From Priapulus caudatus (Eukaryota): a stretch of DNA of 64,000 nt. Under the pieces are notes generated by a model. The model was not told where the DNA came from. It worked only from the letters and a program-made list of their open reading frames with translations, and did not search any database. Positions 54,426 through 64,000 of the stretch are shown here, in pieces. A program made the translations under genes and the position numbers. The stretch spans positions 1,252,977-1,316,976 of the forward strand of contig NW_014577078.1 in NCBI RefSeq assembly GCF_000485595.1, read 5' to 3'. How positions within the stretch are numbered: the first letter of the stretch is position 1; every line of letters starts with the position of its first letter.

Positions 54426-54937
54426 AGCCTCCGTTCACAGCGAAGACCTCGTATTTATGAAATACGGTACTTTGCGAAATACCGAATCTGAGAGCAAACT
54501 ACGCGGCTGAGCGTTCACACGCTGATTCGCGGGCTCAGAAATCACGGTAATTTGCGAGCTGCGAGCTGCTTTTAAACAAATCCAACCCGAACAATGCGAC
54601 AATCTAAACCACATGGCCAATGCGCGCACCAAACTGCCGATAAAATACATAGGCTGGTCCGCGCTTGACAGTTCCACTCGTGTTACACTGGAACTGTCGA
54701 GCGCGGACCAGTCTATAAAATACACGGCTTCAGAAATCCGGTATTTAGCGTTCACACGCGGGAATGCGCGGTCCAAAAGATCCGGTATTTCTCAAGCACG
54801 GCAAATTATTCGGGGTCTGGGAAGCCGCGTATTTACATGAAATACCGGATCTGTTTAGATACCGTATTTCTTGGACCGCGCATTTTGCCTCGTGTGAACG
54901 CTAAATAACGGATTTCTTGCTACGTGTGAACGCGGCT
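54426..54937. mobile_element. PIF/Harbinger-like MITE, copy 2 only
   Basis: att|agcc.c.gttcaca ... tgtgaacgcggct|att; same terminus as 21722; absent at ~41398. Confidence 0.8.
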
Positions 54938-54956
54938 ATTGTCTTGCATATATCAC

Positions 54957-55127
54957 CTGTCCTGCCAAATGCCCACACGCACCAGCTGCCGAAGTAATGA
55001 CTACAGTCTGGTTTTTGCCAGGCGAAATGTGTCCTCTGTTTCGTATGCCAATAAATGAGGTGATTCCAGAGACTCCAAGTAAGCTCAAAACCAATGAGGG
55101 TCTGGTGTGGGCAATTTTCTGTTCCAC
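54957..55127 (-). CDS. PTGR2: PTGR2 copy 2, exon 4
   Basis: VEQKIAHTRPSLVLSLLGVSGITSFIGIRNRGHISPGKNQTVVITSAAGACGHLAGQ (Rossmann AAGACG motif), 171 nt, GT-AG. Confidence 0.95.
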
Positions 55128-55293
55128 CTGTGTATTGGAAGATGCAGCCACTTTCACTAGTGCGCCTTGAATGATAGCATGAAACTTAACACTCATTAAC
55201 TCTTTGATCAGGACACGTTTATCAGATGTATGACGCTATGTGGGATGTATATAAGGAGCGTTGTTACTTGAATGTGAGATTTTATATATATAC

Positions 55294-55494
55294 CTTTGAC
55301 AATGCAGATGCATCCATGGTACTGAATCGCTGCCATGGCCAAAACATGTCAGACTTGATGACCACATCTCCAGTAGTCAATCCCTGGCTTCTAGAGTGGA
55401 TGACCACACCAACTCCTCCCAACCCTGAAATGCACTTATTTACTTCCCAAGCAGTTATGTATTCGACCCCTGTCTCCTCATTCATCCTGCATCG
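55294..55494 (-). CDS. PTGR2: PTGR2 copy 2, exon 3
   Basis: RCRMNEETGVEYITAWEVNKCISGLGGVGVV...GDVVIKSDMFWPWQRF, 201 nt, GT-AG. Confidence 0.95.
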
Positions 55495-55942
55495 CTGCAA
55501 AAAAAAAAGGACACCGTGAAATCAGTAATTCTGTCCTTTAAACTGATTACGTCACTGTAAATAGTAAAAGTAAAAAAAATTGTTCACATTTTCACAAAAT
55601 GTAAGTGATTCTATTCACTTTTTATGGTTCAATTGCTGCATTATACTTCCTATTTGCTATTCCGTTCGATGTGAACAAACCCTCCTGACTCATACATAGC
55701 CCATAACAAGCATTTAATGTCATGAGCAATATATCGAATCGCCCAGATTTTTTGGATTCTTAACTAATTGAAAAACAATCTTATCAGGTAAGAATTTGAT
55801 GATACATTTAGTGCCATTAGTACTTACTTTTGATGTAAAATTTTTTTTTTACAAATATACACCATAGAAAATTTGTGACGTAGTCAATTTAATTTGAAAT
55901 GTCTCTCTTTAAATTCCTCTCATAATGTCATGCCATGCTTAC

Positions 55943-56067
55943 CAATGCTGGGTCAATAGATAGATAGAGTGTCTTCACAACAACTTGTTCCTCCCCGAGA
56001 TTTTCTACTGCTGGCATCGGGCAGATCACACAGGAAAAATTTTCATCTTCAGGTGGATTGTTCACAC
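55943..56067 (-). CDS. PTGR2: PTGR2 copy 2, exon 2
   Basis: GVNNPPEDENFSCVICPMPAVENLGEEQVVVKTLYLSIDPAL, 125 nt, GT-AG. Confidence 0.93.
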
Positions 56068-56305
56068 CTAAAATATGACGAAAGATTCACTTTATTCACT
56101 GATCACTGCTTAGTAACTTAATATGGTGTTTACAGGAGTGAGTCACAGGTAGATCATATAGCAGTCAGCTTCTCCCCAAATCTTCCACCCAGTGTCTTTC
56201 TCTATGAACAGTTGCATCACTTTGACAAGAGTACTGTTAGTACTGCTCATAGGGTCTATGTCCCCCAGGGTACTGCTGGAACGTACCCGGGTCACTATCT
56301 GATAT

Positions 56306-56846
56306 GGGCTATAGGATCAGCCATTACGAATGCTCGGGGATCAACTTACTCCAGCCAGTTGGCGGGAACTATGTATTTCCGCACGTGGAGGGGTGGGCGA
56401 GTTGTGTTGGTTGTGGACAAAAACATTGTTGTTGTCAAGTAACAAATTAATAATAGTAATTTGTTCATCTTTTATGACAAAACTAATATTACAATCTTTT
56501 TTGATTGCTTAATTTGTTACTTGACAACAACAATGTTTTTGTCCACAACCAACCCAACCCGCCCACCCCTCCACGTGCGAAAATACATAGTTCCCGCTCA
56601 CTGGCGCTGTTGCATCGCCGCCAAAAATGGCCGTTTAAAGTTCGCAAATCGAATGTTCGTTCACAAGAAATACCACAAGTAAACCATTTCAACGATAGTT
56701 AGAAGTTAAATTTTAGTAGCGGATATAACTTAAGACATATTCACTTCGGATAAGAGGCATTAATTGCCTACCACAGACGTTTTATAGTCGCGAGTCGTCG
56801 CGAGTAAGTTGGTCCCGCGCATCCGTAATGGCTGATCCTATAGCCC
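56306..56846. mobile_element. TIR element (gggctataggatcagccattacg) containing an inner foldback at ~56355-56604; abuts a truncated family A end at 56245
   Basis: ~45 bp outer TIRs; ~90 bp inner inverted arms. Confidence 0.8.
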
Positions 56847-56879
56847 AGCGGCAACCGTACACGGGCTATAGTTACTAGA

Positions 56880-58242
56880 GCTCATAGGGTCTATGTCCCC
56901 CAGGGTACTGCCGGAACGTACCCTGGGTACGGTTGGGTATACCGGAACGTACCCTAATAACTATTTGATATGGTTAGGGTTAGGGTTAGGGAGTAGGTGT
57001 AGGCGACTCCCTAGACTTGTTAGTGGAGTGAGTAGGCGAGGTACGGTCCGGCATATTAGATAGTACCAGGGTACGTTCCGGCAGTACCATGGGGGACATA
57101 GACACAGGCACTTGAAGTGTTTCAATAAAATATAATGCTAACTAAATACGAAATCTATTTACTACCAAATTCTTAATGTTTCTATATTCTCTTTCACCTA
57201 TTATTGCCGACAGTTTCCTGTCAATTCCGTCCAAATCCTACGTCCAACCATATACGCTGCCGGCGCCATTGCTTTTGCGGCGCGACTGTTGCACGCTTAC
57301 ACTAATATATATAGCAGGTAGGAAAGCACGATCGCAAAATTCGGTTGACGCTCGCTGGATTTCATACTTTCACATCACAAATAGACATCCAACAGCTTCC
57401 ACCTTTGTTTGTATGTCAAGAACAGTGTTCACTCGTTATAAAAACATAATGTCTCTGTTCGTAACCGAGCTGTGTCACGCGAAATCACACAAATACTCTC
57501 GCGTTCGCAAACCTTGCCCCGTAATGTAAATGTCTGTCAGAATCAGGAAACACCCACCGGCGCTGTTCGTGACCTCATTCTTGCGCCGCAACGCTGCAAC
57601 GTTTTTGCAACGTTCCAATGGCGAGGCTCGTACGGGAGTTGGAAAGCAGTGCGCTGCCTGCGCACCGCCTATAGCCCATAGACTGGCACTCGCTCCAACC
57701 TCTCGGCTTAGCTTAGTCACTCGATGGGTAATCGAGGTGGGAGCGAGTCCCAGTCTATATATAGCCCTGTACTTGCAGCCATTTACATTATAGGGCAAGG
57801 TTCGCGAACGCAAGAATTTCGTCAGTCTTTGTGTGATTTCGCGTGACACAGCTCGGTTACGAACAGAGACATTATGTTTTTATAACAAGTGAACACTGTT
57901 CTTGACATACAAACAAAGATGGAAGCTGTTGGATGTGTATTTGTGCTGTGAAAGTGTGAAATCCAGCGAGCGTCGAGCAAATTTTGCGATCACACTTTCC
58001 TACCTGCTATATATATTAGTGTAAGCGTGCAACAGTCGCGCCGCAAAAGCAATGGCGCCGGCAGCGTATATGGTTAGACGTAGGGTTTGGACGGAATTGA
58101 CAGGAAACTGTCGGCAATAATACTAATAAGTGAAAGAGAGTAAAGAAACATTAAGAATTTGGTAGTAAATAGATTTCGTATTTAGTTAGCATTATATTTT
58201 ATTGAAACTCTTCAAGTGCCTGTGGACATAGACCCTCTCAGC
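56880..58242 (+). mobile_element. Family A MITE interrupted in its right TIR by a foldback element
   Basis: Exact 9-bp TSD gttactaga at 56871-56879 and 58243-58251. Confidence 0.9.
57103..58224. mobile_element. 1.1 kb foldback element, ~425 bp arms, 8-bp TSD (P/hAT-like)
   Basis: gacataga|cacaggcacttgaag ... cttcaagtgcctgtg|gacataga. Confidence 0.92.
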
Positions 58243-58458
58243 GTTACTAGAGCTAATCTGTCGAGTATTTGATCAACTTTGTCTCTCTCGGTCTTCGATA
58301 TAATTGACCTTTATACCCTTCGACTTTGAAGACTAATCTTGATGAGGTTATGAGGTTAATGTTAAGGTAGATTGTGTACATCATGTAACAAACTAATTAC
58401 TATTACTCTATTAGTATTACTAATAATAGTTAGTAGTGGATGGATCAAGGATATTTTG

Positions 58459-58700
58459 GCTGATAGGGTCTATGTCCCCCAGGGTACTGCCGGAACGTAC
58501 CCTGAGTACGGTCCGGTATACCGGAACGTACCCTGGTAACTATCTAGCTGATATGGTTAGGGTTAGTGTTAGGGTTAGGGTTAGCCACAAGTTCCCATCT
58601 CGCTAATAACACTACGTGGCGAGAGGGTCACAAACCGACNNNNNNNNNNGTACCCACGGGTACGTTCCGGCAGTACCCTGGAGGACATAGACCCTATCAC
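58459..58700 (+). mobile_element. Family A MITE spanning an N-gap
   Basis: Both TIRs and TTAGGG tract present. Confidence 0.8.
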
Positions 58701-58869
58701 TATCAGTATCACTACTATCAGTATCAGTATGAGTATCAGCGATAGTTTGGGACCCTGCAGATGCACTGCGCCCACCAGTATATCTTCTAGTATTTTGATG
58801 ACATATATGACATAAAATACAATATATTTTAATCCTAAATCAATTCTTAATTGAAATGGTTTGTTTCAC

Positions 58870-58939
58870 CTGGTCTACTAGCCAAAACGACGCAATAATT
58901 TTCATTCTGATGCTCGCTGTTATCAAATGCCGCTGACAT
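58870..58939 (-). CDS. PTGR2: PTGR2 copy 2, exon 1
   Basis: MSAAFDNSEHQNENYCVVLASRP(G); donor G|gtgaaa; VVL.SRPG matches the PTGR2 N-terminus. Confidence 0.9.
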
Positions 58940-59121
58940 GTTTACAGTTAAATAGAGCGCCATCTATGTTCTTCCTATATATTTTTTTGCATTTTCTTCC
59001 TTCAAGTCTTTCTTTTCGCGAGTCCATTGCCAAATGGTCCACTAATAATAAAATAAGGGCCAGAATTTAGCTATAACAGGAGTCACATAACGTTTGTAGC
59101 TACCGATTTTAGGCAGTGTAT

Positions 59122-59526
59122 ACAGCCACACGCGTGTGTCTTTACCATCCAGCCACACGCGTGTGTCTTTACCATCCAGTCACACGCGTGTGTCTTTACC
59201 ATCTTACCATCCAGTCACACGCGTGTGTCTTTACCATCCAGCCACACGCGTGTGTCTTTACCATCCAGTCACACGCATGTGTCTTTACCATCCAGCCACA
59301 CGCGTGTGTCTTTACCATCCAGCCACACGCGTGTGTCTTTACCATCCAGCCACACGCGTGTGTCTTTACCATCCAGCCACACGCGTGTGTCTTTACCATC
59401 CAGCCACACGCGTGTGTCTTTACCATCCAGCCACACGCGTGTGTCTTTACCATCCAGCCACACGCGTGTGTCTTTACCATCCAGCCACACGCGTGTGTCT
59501 TTACCATCCAGCCACACGCGTGTGTT
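59122..59526. repeat. 27-bp minisatellite (CCATCCAGCCACACGCGTGTGTCTTTA), ~15 units
   Basis: Nearly perfect tandem units; inverted 1-2 unit copy at 59914-59973. Confidence 0.97.
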
Positions 59527-60480
59527 TATAGCGACTCTAGGATCGCGACGACGATAATACCAAAATACCACTAATAATGCAATAGTAATATGCAACAGTA
59601 ACACAAATCATACTACACACTACACATGCACACGCGTGTACACCCGCACATATTCATATTGCGCGCATATACACAAGTAGTCCGAGCCGACGCAGACCCC
59701 AGTAAACCCGCACCCTCAGATTAGCAAAGCGGAGTTATAACGTCTGCATTTGCGGACAAATACACAAGTAGCTGGATGGAGGGGGACATATACATGTACA
59801 AGTACAGGACATGCATGCCCGTACCATCTGGGAAGAATCGCGCATGGGACAGAGACACTGCACTCGTAATTTGGACGTTTGAAGCAGATAAATACACACA
59901 CGCTATAGACAGTTAGACACACGCGTGTGGCTGGATGTTAAAGACCCACGCGTGTCACGTGTGGCTGTCTACACTATCTAGATCTTAATCGTGGTGTGGG
60001 AATATTATTCACGTTCCTCCCCTTGCAGACAGTGGTCAAATGCAGATGCCCGCCTCGTTCAAGGCGTGTTCGATGGGAAGGGGTCTTCATGTCTGGGAAG
60101 GGTATGAGGCGGGTTCAAGAGGACGGGGCGCTACAAAATGAAATTAAAATTTGTCAGAAATATATAATACATTGTTAGGCGTTGTTGTTGTTCTGATGAA
60201 AAAAGTCTCTCCCGTCCTGGAATGCTCGCTAAGGACCTGAATTACTATTATCCTAAATGCATGCCGCAGAATTTCAGACTAATAATTTGCACACGGATAT
60301 CTTGTTGTTGTTGTAGTTACAAACCGCTGCCTTTAAAGTACGTTTGTTCTGTATGGATACTGCACAATGCCATGTTAATAATTTTTCATTGATCTTTTGT
60401 AATTGTTATTATCCAAAATGAACATATCATGATATATGTGCTCGGGCGCATCACGCTCGCTCTTGGTGACCCCGCCTAAC

Positions 60481-60520
60481 TATAGATATATACAAACACA
60501 TGTGTTTGTATATACCTATG
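60481..60520. mobile_element. 40-bp hairpin micro-element (CATAG-type), 7-bp TSD
   Basis: gcctaac|tatagatatatacaaacacatgtgtttgtatatacctatg|gcctaac. Confidence 0.8.
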
Positions 60521-61164
60521 GCCTAACCCAGTAAGTAACTGTCTGATGAGCGTGCTGAAAAATACCTAGACTGTTGCTAAGTTTCTCATTACACCATCAC
60601 GTTGTTATTGGCGGGATCGGGGTTACTGTCATACAGTTGCTGTCATCTACACAGAGTGCTCTCTCTTTCTGTGAGTTTGTGCACAGTGACGTGCGTGTGG
60701 TGAAATTGTGTGTTGCAGAGGAGCATTTGGATGACGTTTACGTGGAATTATTATTCGATAGAAAATACATAAACATTGTATAGACTTGTGTAGTAAATAC
60801 ATTTCGTGTTTATTAACTATCATTTTATTATTCAAACACTTCACGTGTCTACGATTTTAACGGCATTGACGCGGGATCATTAGCCGATTCGTAGTAAATA
60901 CAATTTGTGTTTATTTATAATAATTTTATTATTGAAACTGTTCAAGTGCCGGCGCTGTCGATCCAACGCATAACGCGGTGGGCGACGTTCTGGGTTAAAT
61001 CGGGCGGGCGCAATAAGCGAGTTCGTAATCACAGTCTGCGTATGCGCGAATTTTGCCACGAATTCTTCCGGGTTAGGTCATTTGTGAAAAACATTTCGTA
61101 TTTCGACCGCACAGTACACATACGCATGCATCTGTGTCGTTGTGATGCTATACAGTCTTCGCCT

Positions 61165-61790
61165 GCGCACGTACACGTGCGTGCGTGCGTGCGTGCGTGC
61201 GTGTGGACGTACACGTGTGTCCGTGCGTGTGTACGTGCGTGCGTGCGTGTGCCCGTACACGTGCGTGTGTACGTACACGTGCGTGCATGTGTGCATGGGT
61301 ACGTACATGTTCGTGCGTGCGTGCGTGCGTGCGTGTGGACGTACACGTGTGTCCGTGCGCGTGTGTCCGTGCGTGTGTACGTGCACGTGCGTGCGTGTGC
61401 ACACGAGCGCCCACAGGTCTTAAGAAAGTAGAAGTAGGTCCTACAGAAGGATAAAATACTCAGTGATAATAAAAAGAAAGTTATTGTTTTCTCTGTTTCT
61501 TCATAGCTATATACAAGCCCATGTGCTTATATCATAGAAATATATAGAGTCTAACTAGTATATTATTTTTATGAGTTGTATATATCCAGAGGATTATCCA
61601 GAGCACGTATATCATATATGATATCAGGGGCGTAGCCAGGGTTTTTAAAGGTTGAGGCACGACTATCTGAGCGGAGCGNNNNNNNNNNGCGTGTGCACGT
61701 ACACGTGCGTGCGTGTGCACGTACACGTGCGTGCGTGTGCACGTACACGTGCGTGCGTGTGTGTACACGTACACAGAATACATGTACATG
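61165..61790. repeat. CGTG/GTAC minisatellite arrays (61165-61400 and 61689-61790)
   Basis: Reverse complement of the 11290-11710 array type. Confidence 0.85.
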
Positions 61791-62030
61791 ATCGCGGACC
61801 TAACAAATATACCCATGAATGCTCGGAATCGTTTAGAACAGAGCTCAAAACGTCACGCTAGTTCTCACGGAAAGTAATACAGAAAGTTATTGTTTTCTCT
61901 GTTTCTTCATAGCTATATACAAGCCCATGTGCTTATATCATAGAAATATATAGAGTCTAACTAGTATATTATTTTTATGAGTTGTATATATCCAGAGGAT
62001 TATCCAGAGCACGTATATCATATATGATAT

Positions 62031-62548
62031 CAGGGGCGTAGCCAGGATTTTTAAAGTTGTAGGCACGACTATCTGAGCGGAGCGCCACCATCGGTTGGCG
62101 CGGAGCGTACAAGAAAATTTTTGGTTTTACAAACCCCCCAGATGGCCGGAAACGGCCTTTCCCGAGTGTTCATTCTGGTTCCCTGACCTCTTGCTAACTT
62201 GAGACACCTAATTCAATATCACTTTTAAACCCAAAAAACACAAACGAGTTAAAATAGTGTTACGAATGTTAAAAAACTGACAAGAATGGATCCTAGTCTT
62301 TTTCGGCGGGTAGAGTGTTGAATGAAACGGCACGCGATAGAAATGACAGCCTAGATGACAGAAGAATAGGTCACCTAATTTAGCCATATTCTTGCTACGT
62401 TCATTTCAATAGTTTTTCCTGCCTAGACTCTTAAACTCGTCCAGCAAGCTTATGGATTGGAATTATGGGTGTTTAAAAAAAAGAAGATAACTTGGCCAAA
62501 AAAAGTGTAGGCCCGGGCCTACAGTGCTACATACTGGCTACGCCCCTG
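62031..62548. mobile_element. MITE with CAGGGGCGTAGCCAG TIRs
   Basis: caggggcgtagccag ... ctggctacgcccctg. Confidence 0.85.
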
Positions 62549-63028
62549 GATATATAGACCCTACGTGCTCTAACCTGTATGATACAGGCGGTATGTTTCG
62601 CTTCACTACACTATCTACACTGAAGTGTAGTGAAGCGGAACCGGAATCGCCTGTATCATACAGGTTATACGTGCTCTGATATATTTCTATGGTTTCTCCT
62701 GTCATATTTCCGCTAGAGGACAGCATGCGCGTAAACCGGATGTCACACGAGCTCAGCGTCACGAGTTGCGGTCCGAAGTTGCGGTGTTACAGGTAAGACC
62801 GTTGTATATTTTCAATATATTTGGTTTATTTTGAAATCGTTGTGTTTATACGTTGCAGTGAATAAAATGCGGTGTGGTATATCATACTAAGATAAGGCTC
62901 GGATATACTTATATAGAATTAGAACGCAGAAAGTTATCATGTTGTGATTTAGAATTAGAGTTGTGTTTTGAATATTTCGAAGTAGGCGTAGATACTCGGT
63001 AGTACTATGATCATGATGGAGTACTCGG

Positions 63029-63659
63029 ATGTAACCCAACAAGAGTAGGGTTACAACGCGTCCCTATCCTTTTGTGTGGAGGAACCCCTGAGTGAATCAC
63101 TCAGGGCGGTTTGCTGGTGCGTTTTCAGAGACTAGAACTTCCAAACTGGGTTTATTCTCAACACGAATCTTTCTCCGCTATCCTGGAACTTGGAAGTGGA
63201 ACTTACTATGTATCACATTCACAATACTCTGTATTAAACTAATATAACGTGTTACAAAAATTCGAAGTGACGAGCGGCGGATATATTGAGCGCCATTTCT
63301 GTTGACCTGTGACGTACGCATTCCCAATGCGCATAGCGTTCGGCCCACCTCGGCCACCACCGAACGCTATGCGCATTATAGGAATGCGTACGTCACAGGT
63401 CAACAGAAATGGCGCTCAATATATCCGCCGCTCGTCACTTCAAATTTTTGTAACACGTTATATTAGTTTACTACAGAGTATTGTGATACATAGTAAGTTC
63501 CAGGATAGCAGAGAAAGGTTCGTGTTGAGAATAAACTCAGGTTGGAAGTTCTAGTCTCTGAAAACGCACCAGCAAACCGCCCTGAGTGATTCACGCAAGG
63601 GTTCCTCCACAGAAAACCATAGGCTCGCGTTGTAACCCTATCCTGTGTTTGGGTTACAT
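63029..63659. mobile_element. ~630 bp near-perfect palindrome / foldback element
   Basis: Arms of ~310 bp around a short loop at ~63345-63358. Confidence 0.88.
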
Positions 63660-64000
63660 TATTGTATTTACGGTACTACTAGCACTACTACTACTAGTAG
63701 TACTACAGTACTAGTACTACTACGGTGCCACTACTAGTACTACTACTAGTACTAGACAGTAGACTAATACGTACTTCGAAATATTCAAAACATAACTCTA
63801 AATCACAAGTCACAACAATACTAGTAGCCTCTACGAAAACAAAACATTGGTGGTGGCTACATATACTATTACTAATAGTAATAGTAATACTAGTAAATAT
63901 AATCATAATCATGTCATGATAATTATCCATGCAGCATGCTTATTTAGTAATATCTTTTTAATATTGTCCAATTGGCTTTGCTACAAGTTACAACACACAA

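Noticed and set aside
61472..62087. 200-bp direct duplication 61472-61678 / 61883-62087
   Set aside because: Straddles an N-gap; likely scaffolding artefact

Overview
Repeat-rich invertebrate animal genomic DNA (spliceosomal GT-AG introns, TTAGGG tracts; lophotrochozoan/annelid-like is my inference) from a draft assembly with N-gaps and stretches of unpolished, indel-rich sequence. Most ORF-track entries are low-complexity noise. Three real spliced genes can be rebuilt by hand. (1) A minus-strand gene with five exons in 435-12966 encodes a transmembrane segment plus a NIT (nitrate/nitrite-sensing) domain; it is probably the N-terminal half of a NIT-domain receptor guanylate cyclase and continues off the left edge. 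(2) A divergently oriented three-exon KCTD-type BTB/T1 gene (18084-20591) ends unusually in a hydrophobic tail anchor. (3) PTGR2 (prostaglandin reductase 2) appears twice (37056-46674 and 51017-58939), most likely as two haplotypes assembled in tandem. The rest is dense with non-autonomous DNA transposons: Mutator-like elements with 9-bp TSDs that carry TTAGGG repeats (including a ~10 kb member), 8-bp-TSD foldbacks, Harbinger- and Kolobok-like elements, and a family of 31-47 bp hairpin micro-elements with 7-bp TSDs. Micro- and minisatellites are also abundant.
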